A stretch of 63,866 nt of DNA from Amphiscolops sp. MND2022. Taxonomy: Eukaryota. The notes below the pieces were generated by a model. It searched no databases. It had not been told where the DNA came from and was given only the letters and a program-made list of their open reading frames with translations. The stretch lies in contig OZ076409.1 in NCBI GenBank assembly GCA_964187785.1, forward strand, positions 90,274,001-90,337,866. Direction: 5' to 3'. A program made the translations under genes and the position numbers. The stretch's first letter is position 1. Each line of letters starts with the position of its first letter. This document shows positions 11,769 to 20,702 of this stretch, piece after piece.

Positions 11769-11984
11769 TTAAATACTATTGTCAGCATTCAGGAATGCAT
11801 CCGTTGGTGCGTTTCCAAAGAATAGAAAGATGTGATGAAAATAGTCCCAGTATATAGACGTTGGAGGGACAGTAATAATTTTCGTCTGTTTTGTTTGGTG
11901 GTGTTGAAGAGAAACGTGAAGAGTCAAATTTCGGGATTCTTGTCTAACTATTCTGTAGAAATCGTTGTTTATCTTGATGTACAT
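11769..11984 (-). CDS. Accessory ORF A (71 aa, unknown)
   Basis: Stop codon directly abuts the next ATG (TAAATG); weak resemblance to ORFs B and C. Confidence 0.6.
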   Translation of the reverse strand: MYIKINNDFYRIVRQESRNLTLHVSLQHHQTKQTKIITVPPTSIYWDYFHHIFLFFGNAPTDAFLNADNSI

Positions 11985-12936
11985 TTGCTAGATTCGTCAG
12001 CTGATTGTGTAGTTGTAGACTATGCTAAAATACAAACAAAACCATGCGCTTCGACTTACTCTGTAAAATTCATTTTAGAACCTTACAAAAGCGATCGCTA
12101 AAGAAATAGTTCAAACTTTACTTTTTGCTCAAAACAAAGGAGCTTGGGGGCAAAAATCATTAGCTGAATTCGTCGATGGTTAAAAGAAAGATAATTAAAG
12201 AGTTAAAATTAAAAAGGAGTTTATCTCCGTTAGCAACAGCGGAGCTTGTAAGAGGCAATAATCTATGTTATCGATTAAGTGAGAGGTTGAAGAGCTTGGC
12301 GGCTAAAACAAAAAGGTAATTAAAAAGCTAAGAAGAATTTATTTTCGGTCACAGCAGAGAAAAGGTAAGTTGAGCAAATTTGTTTACTGCTAGCTGAAAA
12401 GAAAAATATGTTATTGTGAACATTAGTTAAGTTTGAAGAGGAGAGTTGAAGAGCTGACTATCTTTAAAATGAACAAAGACAAAGCGTTAACCTTTAACTA
12501 ACAAAAGAGAGTTTAACAAAAGATTTTCTTTTCTTTTATTTCAACCAAAGCGTAAATTAAATAAAGCAAATGTGACATTTGTTTAGATTAAAAGATACGA
12601 CGTCACGTGAGTATGACACAGATGGGTAGGGATTGTTTATCGGGGCTTTTGTTGTTTTCTTCTTTGTTTTCTTCTGTTTTCTTCATTTTATCTGCTAATT
12701 TCTGAGCTGTTAGGTCGGGTGTTTTTCGGGTGATATTTTCTGTTTTTTGATTTCTACTGACTATATAACTACAAAGTAGTCCCACCGCCGTTGAACGGAA
12801 AAGAAAAGTTGTGAATTTTTCGGGTTTTTTGCGCTCGCAAATTTTTGGGTTGGACAGCTGGGAAATTTTTGAGGTAGGGGGGTGCTGAAAGTGAAATTTC
12901 AATTCGTGTGTTTTCAGATCGCTTTTGATTGAAAAA

Positions 12937-13447
12937 ATGAGTAACTTGAACGACTTGCTTTTGCCTGTTGTCGATGCTAGTGACGAAGTGTGGGCATCGT
13001 TCTTTTCTGAGCAAGAGCTCACTACTGTTAAGTCACTAGTGAGTGATCTACATCAGCCCAGGCTAAATATGGGTGCTATCTACCCGCTAGATTTAGAGCA
13101 GCGGCTCATCACCGCCCTGCGGATAGTGGCTGATTCGGAGGATGTGAGTTGTTTATCGTTTTACTAGTTGTTGTTGTGTTCGTTTCCCGTAATTGTATTT
13201 ATCTTCTGTTGTGTAGAAGAGAAACGTCGAATTTCTTTATAAATTTTCCTGTTTGTTTTAGTGGTTGCCTGTTTTCTCGGGGAATGTGATTCAGAGTAGA
13301 TTCATGTTCAGAGAGTTGGACAATATTCAACGTGCATACGCCGGATTGACGCGTCTGGCAAAAAGAGAGGTGGTCGTCAGATGGGAGATGGGCGACTACC
13401 AGGCAGTTGTCAATTTCTTGCGCAGACCGCTATTCATAGATGAGTAA
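12937..13447 (+). CDS. Putative spliced antisense gene in the LTR element (exons 12937-13143 and 13262-13447; 130 aa, unknown function)
   Basis: Donor GAT|GTGAGT and acceptor tttgttttAG|TGG join two ORFs in frame; upstream acceptor gtgttttcAG at 12917. Confidence 0.6.
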
Positions 13448-13549
13448 GGAGGGGCTGCTTGAATGTACATAACTTTTATTTTTTATTATTATTGTATTTG
13501 TATTTATTCGGATTTTTCCCTCATAAGTTTTGTACGTTCCCTTTACTAA

Positions 13550-16500
13550 TTAATCTTTATATCCCTTTCTTTCTAGATCTCGTAGTGAGCAGTCAGGATG
13601 AGAACGCTTGTATTTTGCTTTTACTTTTGATGTCAGATCAGCAACTTTATTTTTCTTTTTTGACGATGAAGAAGTAGATTGTTCAGCTTCATGAAATTGC
13701 GGCGTTGTCCTCAAAATGGTAGGAACACGAATAGGCATAGGAGGCATAGGAAGTATAGGAGTTTGTAGCGGCGGCAATGGTGAAATCGTTAAATTTTGAT
13801 AGTTATGATCATCATTGGTAGGCGTAGAAGGAGATTGAATTCCTGATTCAGCATTAGGCGAAAGTGCAGCGTGATTTTTGCTCATTTCTTGAATATTGGT
13901 ATTTTCTTGTAGCGGCGATATGATAAAAGGCATTACATCTAGGGAACATCTTTGTTGATTTGAATTGTAGTCATTTATTTGCGACTGCACTAGGTGTTTG
14001 TAGAACTCACTATCTTTTGTTATAGGCGGCGCATAGTTAGTGATTAGAGGAGGGAGTCTTTCCTCTTTAGGAAAGTATTCAATCAGATGATTGCGATGAG
14101 TAACTTTGATATTATCTGGATTAGCGCCCTCTCGAATTTCGTAGGTCGTATTTGTTATTTGTTTAGTGACTGTAAAAGGGCCAATACGTAATTGTATCAA
14201 CTTTTGTGATCTGCTCAAGTTGGCAGTGTGATTTTCTAGGAACACTTTTTGTCCGATGTTGATAGGTCGTCCAAGTTTGAATCGGTTCCTGTATTCGTGT
14301 GCTTTAGAAGTGATTTGGCGGCATCGTTGATAGGTTGACGAGTAGATTCGTTTGAAGTCGTTTTCACGAGCAATAAGTTCGTCTGAGAGTTGTGGTCTAA
14401 GTAATCGATCCAGGGATTTGTGCGGTAGTTGATTTTCGCTGTGTGTATGTGGTTGTAATCCTTCGCAATATTCGGATCTGCATTGTTTGTTTTTGTCTCG
14501 TATTAGTCCAAGTTTTAACGTCATAGGAACTTGTGGTTTTGTCCCGAACACTATTTCATATGGGGTAAGTCCCGTAGTGTAGTTTACACTTGTGTTATGA
14601 GCAAAAGCAAACTTCGGTGCTAGTTTTGACCAATTGTTTCCTGACTCGTTAGTGAACTTTCTCCAATATCGTGTAAGGTGCTGATTTTGTACTTCTACTT
14701 TTCCGTTTGTCCATGGTGAGTATGTTGTTCGTGGTGCAAGAGTTATTCCGAATTCTTTAGTCCAGTTGATGAAGTCACTGTTGATAAATGCTGTCCCGTT
14801 ATCGTGTATTATTTTCTGGGGGATGCCATAAGATGTGATCCATTTTTCTAATGCAGTGATAGTAGCTTGTGCGCTAGTATCTTTTACTGGGTAAACACCA
14901 ATGAATCTTGAAAATGCTTCAACTACTACTAAGCAATGATTGTTCGAATTGCTACTAGGCCTAAGCGGGCCTTTATGGTCTATATGAATTGTCTTGAAGG
15001 GTGTAGGTTCAAGTTCTCCCCATTGTTCCAATGGAGCTTCGTGTAAGTCATGACGTTTTGACTTATTGGTTTGGCATTCAATGCAATCTTCTATGAGATA
15101 AACAATCCATTTGTATCGTCCTGGCCAAAAGAAGTATTGTCTAACATTTTCAAAGGTTTTGAATATTCCAGGATGACCGCTGTGGCTATGGGTATGAGCC
15201 AGTTTGAAGAGTGGTAGAAACAGTGATAGGGGAACACATATTTTCATCTCAGTCTTGTTTGTTTCTTGAACTGTCTCGTTGTAGCATAGGAGGTTAGTCT
15301 CTTCGTCTATAAAAAGTTGCTCAAATCTGTTCAAGTATGACAATAGTGCTTTAGATTGATTGATATCATGTGTTTTTGTTGGTCGCTTGTCTGATTTCTT
15401 TATCCAACTGCGTACTTTTTGTAGTACTGGGTCGTTGAGTTGTTCTTCCACTAATGTAGTTACATCTAAATCAGCAGTTTTTGCAAAGTCACTCAATTTT
15501 TGTATCAATTCCTTTGTATCTACCTCTGGGTGTAATTCTGAGTCTATGTTGGATTCTAGAATTGGTTTTTGTGACTTGTTTCTTCGGATTGATTCGTTTG
15601 CAAGTGAGAAATTGTGTAAGAAATCGGAGTCCTTCTGGTCAAAGTTTAGTTCTGCTATTTCGTTGTCGCTGTTGTAGCCGTCATCTTGTTGTTCTTCAAT
15701 TTCGCTGTAGGTTTCTTCTTCGATGGTGTAGTTTGTGAAGTAGGGGCAAACATCTGAGCAAAGTCGTTTATATTGGTTGATTGTCTTTCCGAGTTTAAAG
15801 CAATCGGTCATGTCTTGCATTGTGGCTAAGACTTCATTGTCTTCAACGTAGTCTTCAATATACTGTTCGTCACCGTCATTCTTGAGGTGTAAAATTTGTC
15901 TATCATTCCCGTGTTGGCATATTATTGGAAAGAAGTCGTTGCATGAGATATCTTGGCTATCTTCGTGTTTGATAGTGTAATGCATCTGGTCTCCCTTTTC
16001 ATCATAAAATGATATCTCTTTCGGTATTTCTTTATGCTGTAGCTGTAGTTTGTTGATGTCGGACAGGGTTACATTTCGGCTAAGTATATCTGGGAATGCT
16101 AAGTTTAAGCCTGGCGTCCAGATTATCTTCAAGTTGTGAAATTTTGTTATTATAACTTGGTACTTGAAGAATCGATGAGAAAGTTGTCCTTTTCGTTCCC
16201 ATAGGTAGAGGATGGGTTTGTGATCACAGTATAGGTAGATTGGAAATGGAGAGCCGATTATGTAATGCTCATAGGTCTGTAGTGCAGATACAATACCGCA
16301 AAGTTCTCGGTGGAGAGTAGACATTTTTTGTTCTGCTTTGTCAAAGACACGAAAGTTGAAAGAGACTATTCGTTTTCCTTCTGGAAACTGTTGAACTAAT
16401 ATACATCCAGTCCCTACATTCGAAGAGTCAACGTGAATATGAAAAGGATATTCAGTTGAAGGAACTGCTAAGATTGTGTCCTCTGAGATTCTTTCTTTTA

Positions 16501-19018
16501 TCTGGTTGAAAAGTGTTTCGTGTTGTTCAGTCCATTTGAAAGGTGTAGTGTCTTTTATCAACTCATAGAATGGTTGACTATCGACGTGTAGATTCTTGAT
16601 ATAGCAGCTATAAAAGCCTAAACATCCGAGTACTTTCATTACGTCTCGTTTGCATTCTGGTGACTTCAAATTCTTCAAATCTTGTACTCTTTTAGCTACT
16701 GGTTGAATTCCGTCCTGAGATATAACATGTCCCAGGAATTTTACTTTTCTCAAGAAGAAGTGTGTCTTGTCAGGTGCGGCTTTTAGTCCGCCTTTTCGTA
16801 AGAGTTGGTGGTATTCGTGTATGATTGTGAACATCTCGCCTTTGGTTTGCGATTGAAGAAGACTATCATCAAGATAGGTGATTGCTTGTTTCTTCTTAAC
16901 TAAAGGTTCAAAGTTAATCGCCATCATTCGGCTGAACCATTGAGGGAGTCCACAAAGGCCATAGAATCCAACTTGATAGGTGTATTGTTTTCCACCTACG
17001 ATGAAACTAGTTAGTTTCTGAGTTTCTTCACTAAGAGGTACTTGGTGATATGCACACGAGAGATCACTTGCTGTGAAGTATTTGCCGTTGATTCTTGTCA
17101 TAATCATTTGGACCGGTTCGAGTGGCCAAGAGTAGTTTGTTAAGTCAGTGATAGAATTCAAATATCTTGCATCAATGACAAGTTTAACATAGTCAGCTTT
17201 AGGTAAGAGAATGATGGGATTCACAAAAAGTGAACCGAGTTCGTCATCATCTCCCATTTCTCTGATTATACCGGTTTCTTGTAGTTGCCCGAGAAGTTTT
17301 TCGAGTTTATCTTTCAGATGAAGTGGAACTTTGCTAGGACGTTGTTTGCGAAGTTCCGAGTTAGGTTTCAGAGTGACGTGAAATTTCTGTTTGGTTTGAC
17401 CAATATCGAACTTGTGTTGTGAATACACATCTCTTGAGTCAATGATCATATCTATCAGCATGACAAGTTCTTCATCTTCTAAGTCAGTGTATTGGAAATC
17501 GAATTGTTTGATAAAGTCTTTTAGTTCCTGCGGCTGGTACTGTAAATAGTAGTCGATGAGATCATTGTTTAGCTCTTTAGGTCTTAGTATTGGAAATTGT
17601 TCCTTACACGGAGGCTGACATGATTTTGAATCTTTGGTGAAGTCTGTTTCTAGCTCGTTCTTTTCATTTGTCCATTCGTTTGCATAACTATCAATTTCGT
17701 TTTCAATATAGTCTTCTGAGTTCGTAGGTTTGGTAGCTATTTTGCAATCCAGCTCGTTTCTGGAGATGATTTGAATGAGAATTCCAGAGTCAGTGAAAGT
17801 GTCTTTCAGTATTTTAAGTACTTCATTCCAAGAGAGTTTATCAAGTCCACAACCGATTTTTGGCATTGTTATTATTTGAACATTGTTGAGTAGAGCGTGG
17901 CCTCTCATATTTTCAAGTGATATCCGAAGATTCTCAAGGGTAGGTTTTTCAAAGAACTTGTTTTTTGTGACAAGGTTGTATATGAATCTATTCGCATCAT
18001 TGTCCCAGAAGGGGATGACTGATCCAACAAAAGCTTTTGATTTGTAGCAATATCCTTGTAGTCCACTGATGTGGTTACTGATAGTTTCGGCGAATCCTTT
18101 ACTCATTTTTGAGTCGGCTGATATGCAATGAGCAATGGCTGTTTGATTTTCAAAAATTGTATCATCGTTCCCATTAATGATACGTATGCCATCTCTGAAA
18201 TCTGGTTCATGAGGTAGTGTCGAGTGTAGTAGGAAACATTCGTTATACTGGTCATTCTCAGAGAGTATACAGTCAACCATTTTAACACAGTCTTTTATTT
18301 GGTATTTCGGTCGTTCGAAATCAAGTATATCTAGCGATGAATATCCCAAAATTCCTTTGTCGAGAGTTATTTGGTGGTTCTTGTTGTTCTCCATTAGGAT
18401 TGGTAGGTATTGTTCTGATTGCGTACAAAGTACATTCACAAAGTCCAGTCCGGAGTTGGCCACTTTTTGATGAGGGATGAAAGTAGTCCCTGATGCAAAA
18501 TTTGTTTGTTCATCTTCTGGCTGGTATTTGTAGACACGAGATGTCTTAGCATCAATGTGTATCTGATGCGGTATCCGTATTGTCTTGATTAGTGATAGGT
18601 AGGGATAAGGTTTGGTAGCACAAAGGCTGCCGTAGCAAATTGTGTTAGGAGTATCTTTGAGTTCTAATGCCGGAATATCAAAGTGGAGTTTGGAGATGTA
18701 TTTTCTACAGAATTCAATGCCCAATAAGTTTGCTGTTTTGGTTTCTGTTATCCAGAGTTGGAGTTGAAAGCAGTGTTGTCCATCGGAGTCAAAACTGAAG
18801 TTTAGCGTTGTATGACCCACCATAGGTATTTCCTCTCCAGTGTATGTTCTTGTCTTTTGTTTACTTCTCACTACTGTAATAGGTTGAAGAAACTGAGAAA
18901 TTTCACAAAAAGTGCGATAGTTGATGATAGAGCAAGCTGCTCCGGTATCTACCATGAATTCGATTCCAAGTCCACTATCTTTTTTAGAGTCTCCGGTGGG
19001 GAAATAGAAAACATTCAT
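13550..19018 (-). CDS. pol: Pol: aspartic protease, macrodomain, RT, RNase H, integrase (intact; frame extends upstream to the frameshift site)
   Basis: VDTGA; AHCISAD..LVTK..MPKIGCGLD; YLDD; HVDSS..RELCG..CDHKP; H..SGHPG..CIEC; IDHKGP, HDNG, NGKVE. Confidence 0.97.
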   Translation of the reverse strand: MNVFYFPTGDSKKDSGLGIEFMVDTGAACSIINYRTFCEISQFLQPITVVRSKQKTRTYTGEEIPMVGHTTLNFSFDSDGQHCFQLQLWITETKTANLLGIEFCRKYISKLHFDIPALELKDTPNTICYGSLCATKPYPYLSLIKTIRIPHQIHIDAKTSRVYKYQPEDEQTNFASGTTFIPHQKVANSGLDFVNVLCTQSEQYLPILMENNKNHQITLDKGILGYSSLDILDFERPKYQIKDCVKMVDCILSENDQYNECFLLHSTLPHEPDFRDGIRIINGNDDTIFENQTAIAHCISADSKMSKGFAETISNHISGLQGYCYKSKAFVGSVIPFWDNDANRFIYNLVTKNKFFEKPTLENLRISLENMRGHALLNNVQIITMPKIGCGLDKLSWNEVLKILKDTFTDSGILIQIISRNELDCKIATKPTNSEDYIENEIDSYANEWTNEKNELETDFTKDSKSCQPPCKEQFPILRPKELNNDLIDYYLQYQPQELKDFIKQFDFQYTDLEDEELVMLIDMIIDSRDVYSQHKFDIGQTKQKFHVTLKPNSELRKQRPSKVPLHLKDKLEKLLGQLQETGIIREMGDDDELGSLFVNPIILLPKADYVKLVIDARYLNSITDLTNYSWPLEPVQMIMTRINGKYFTASDLSCAYHQVPLSEETQKLTSFIVGGKQYTYQVGFYGLCGLPQWFSRMMAINFEPLVKKKQAITYLDDSLLQSQTKGEMFTIIHEYHQLLRKGGLKAAPDKTHFFLRKVKFLGHVISQDGIQPVAKRVQDLKNLKSPECKRDVMKVLGCLGFYSCYIKNLHVDSQPFYELIKDTTPFKWTEQHETLFNQIKERISEDTILAVPSTEYPFHIHVDSSNVGTGCILVQQFPEGKRIVSFNFRVFDKAEQKMSTLHRELCGIVSALQTYEHYIIGSPFPIYLYCDHKPILYLWERKGQLSHRFFKYQVIITKFHNLKIIWTPGLNLAFPDILSRNVTLSDINKLQLQHKEIPKEISFYDEKGDQMHYTIKHEDSQDISCNDFFPIICQHGNDRQILHLKNDGDEQYIEDYVEDNEVLATMQDMTDCFKLGKTINQYKRLCSDVCPYFTNYTIEEETYSEIEEQQDDGYNSDNEIAELNFDQKDSDFLHNFSLANESIRRNKSQKPILESNIDSELHPEVDTKELIQKLSDFAKTADLDVTTLVEEQLNDPVLQKVRSWIKKSDKRPTKTHDINQSKALLSYLNRFEQLFIDEETNLLCYNETVQETNKTEMKICVPLSLFLPLFKLAHTHSHSGHPGIFKTFENVRQYFFWPGRYKWIVYLIEDCIECQTNKSKRHDLHEAPLEQWGELEPTPFKTIHIDHKGPLRPSSNSNNHCLVVVEAFSRFIGVYPVKDTSAQATITALEKWITSYGIPQKIIHDNGTAFINSDFINWTKEFGITLAPRTTYSPWTNGKVEVQNQHLTRYWRKFTNESGNNWSKLAPKFAFAHNTSVNYTTGLTPYEIVFGTKPQVPMTLKLGLIRDKNKQCRSEYCEGLQPHTHSENQLPHKSLDRLLRPQLSDELIARENDFKRIYSSTYQRCRQITSKAHEYRNRFKLGRPINIGQKVFLENHTANLSRSQKLIQLRIGPFTVTKQITNTTYEIREGANPDNIKVTHRNHLIEYFPKEERLPPLITNYAPPITKDSEFYKHLVQSQINDYNSNQQRCSLDVMPFIISPLQENTNIQEMSKNHAALSPNAESGIQSPSTPTNDDHNYQNLTISPLPPLQTPILPMPPMPIRVPTILRTTPQFHEAEQSTSSSSKKKNKVADLTSKVKAKYKRSHPDCSLRDLERKGYKD

Positions 19019-19078
19019 ATGAAAGCGTGATTTGAAGTTACTTTCTTCATCTGGCTGCGGAGACCTTAGTAGTTTAAA
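18988..19078 (-). promoter_or_regulatory. -1 programmed ribosomal frameshift signal (U UUA AAC, 6-nt spacer, candidate stem)
   Basis: TTTAAAC at 19078-19072 in the correct phase; -1 frame is open into pol; GGUCUCCG (19065-19058) can pair with CGGAGACU (18995-18988). Confidence 0.8.
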
Positions 19079-20331
19079 GCAAAGTAGTTGGAGATTGAGT
19101 TTATCATCTCTTGAGAGTCGTCATCAATGAATTGCACATTGTTAGAGAGAGCATTAGAATTGTTCTGAGGGAAATTTCGGTTATACTGAGTATTGGAGTT
19201 GTTACTCTGCCTTGCGGGAAAGTTGTAGTTATTTTGTCCAGTTCGCTGATTTTGCCCTTGATTAGAGTTACTCTGGTTGTTATGATTCTGATTGTTGAAA
19301 TTTTGGTTTCTATTGTACGGCTGACTATAGCTATTACCAAATCTTTGTGAAGAGTTGGAATTGTGTTGAGAATTTGAGTTGTAGTAGTTTTGTGATCCAA
19401 AATTCGGTCCCTTTCTCTTGTTGTAGTCATTGGTGAAGGTTGGCTTTTTCTGTTGGTTCTCACGATTGTACTGACGTTTTTGTTCGTCATCAAAAGCTTT
19501 AGTTCTGCAATATTGTAGAGTGTGCCCGTTTCGTCTACAATAGTGACAGAAGCGGGTGGCATTTTGTCTGGATTTATTGTTCACATCATTAGTTCGTGTG
19601 TTAGCTTGATTCAAGGCATTCACTTGTTGTTCTTTCAGGAGTGTTGAAAGTTCTCTTACTTGCTTTTCTAATGAGTCTAGTTTAGAGTTCTGCTCATTAG
19701 TTGAGTTTGGTACGAACTCTGAACTTACTAAGTAAATCAAGTCTTTGTTGGCGACATGGTCTTTGAAATTGTCCCATGTTGTATTTGGATGTTCTATCAG
19801 GTATTCATGAGCTTTCCTCTTAAGTCCCGAAGGGGTTAGTCCTCTGATTGTGAAGTCAATATACTTCTGATTTCTTAAGTTTTGTTGAGCATCTCTTTCA
19901 TTTTGATTAGCTGCGGCATCGATAGGCCATCCTTTGTCTACTGCTTGTTTGACTCTATGATAGAAATTTTTGACTAGTTCTTCTTTTCCTCTAACACAGT
20001 TTTCAGCAGTTATTCTGTGCCTGTATTTGTCTCTGTCATCTGAGAAGCGGATTATGAAAGCTGTCCTGACTTGAATCCAAGTAGGTAGTGGGTTACCTAC
20101 GTTAAATCCTTCGTACCATTCTGCGGCTGGCCCGCGAAGGAGAGATGAGAAAAGTGCATTCTTTCTGAAGAGATATCTAACTGCATCATCAGCTGCATTT
20201 GGGGGTGATCCAAGTGAAAAGTCTATCTTGTTTTCTACTGTCAGAAGAAATGATTTAACATCTTGGTCTGGGTTGTTCCCAGAGAACTTGTCCAAAGCTA
20301 GATCGGGGAAAGAGACTGCGTTCTGAGCCAT
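19066..20331 (-). CDS. gag: Gag (capsid, CCHC zinc knuckle, N/Q-rich tail)
   Basis: KFSG..D, LRGPAAEWY gypsy capsid motifs; CHYCRRNGHTLQYC knuckle. Confidence 0.93.
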   Translation of the reverse strand: MAQNAVSFPDLALDKFSGNNPDQDVKSFLLTVENKIDFSLGSPPNAADDAVRYLFRKNALFSSLLRGPAAEWYEGFNVGNPLPTWIQVRTAFIIRFSDDRDKYRHRITAENCVRGKEELVKNFYHRVKQAVDKGWPIDAAANQNERDAQQNLRNQKYIDFTIRGLTPSGLKRKAHEYLIEHPNTTWDNFKDHVANKDLIYLVSSEFVPNSTNEQNSKLDSLEKQVRELSTLLKEQQVNALNQANTRTNDVNNKSRQNATRFCHYCRRNGHTLQYCRTKAFDDEQKRQYNRENQQKKPTFTNDYNKRKGPNFGSQNYYNSNSQHNSNSSQRFGNSYSQPYNRNQNFNNQNHNNQSNSNQGQNQRTGQNNYNFPARQSNNSNTQYNRNFPQNNSNALSNNVQFIDDDSQEMINSISNYFALNY

Positions 20332-20380
20332 TCTCAGAAATATGATAGTTTGTTTCTTCTTGTGATTGGGTTTCCTTCAA

Positions 20381-20533
20381 TTAAGGTATGATTGAATAAT
20401 ATTTAGTGATGGGGTCTTCAAGATGTATATTGAAAAGGAGTGCACAGAGACAAGTGACAAGGGTGATGAACACCAGGAAGATTCCAACGAAAAGTAGGTA
20501 GTCCGGGTCTTCAGGAGTTATCACTGTTCTCAT
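20381..20533 (-). CDS. Leader micro-ORF 2, 50 aa, single TM (MRTVITPEDPDYLLFVGIFLVFITLVTCLCALLFNIHLEDPITKYYSIIP)
   Basis: Hand translation; paralog of micro-ORF 1. Confidence 0.55.
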   Translation of the reverse strand: MRTVITPEDPDYLLFVGIFLVFITLVTCLCALLFNIHLEDPITKYYSIIP

Positions 20534-20547
20534 AGACCTCAGTTATT

Positions 20548-20670
20548 TTAGAGGTGTGTTGATATCGTCCAGATAGTTAGTTTTACAACAAGTGTAATAA
20601 AACTAGTGACAAGATGGTAGAAAATTAGAAACCAGATTAGTGAGTAGTCCGGGTCTTCCAAAGTTATCAT
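20548..20670 (-). CDS. Leader micro-ORF 1, 40 aa, hydrophobic (MITLEDPDYSLIWFLIFYHLVTSFITLVVKLTIWTISTHL)
   Basis: Hand translation; shares the ITxEDPDY motif and hydrophobic stretch with micro-ORF 2. Confidence 0.5.
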   Translation of the reverse strand: MITLEDPDYSLIWFLIFYHLVTSFITLVVKLTIWTISTHL

Positions 20671-20681
20671 GAATTGGGTTG

Positions 20682-20699
20682 GCCTCACTGGTCGCACCA
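20682..20699 (-). other. Primer-binding site TGGTGCGACCAGTGAGGC
   Basis: Begins with TGG 3 nt inside the 5' LTR end; the priming tRNA was not identified. Confidence 0.8.
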
Positions 20700-20702
20700 G
20701 TT

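Noticed and set aside
12603..13022. 139-aa minus-strand ORF
   Set aside because: Low-complexity Lys/Ser content overlapping the better-supported + strand spliced gene; not fully excluded
14080..14300. Chromodomain at the integrase C-terminus
   Set aside because: GPF motif present but no chromodomain pattern; tail is Pro/Ser-rich
15360..15738. + strand ORFs inside pol
   Set aside because: Antisense shadows of the pol frame with no independent signals
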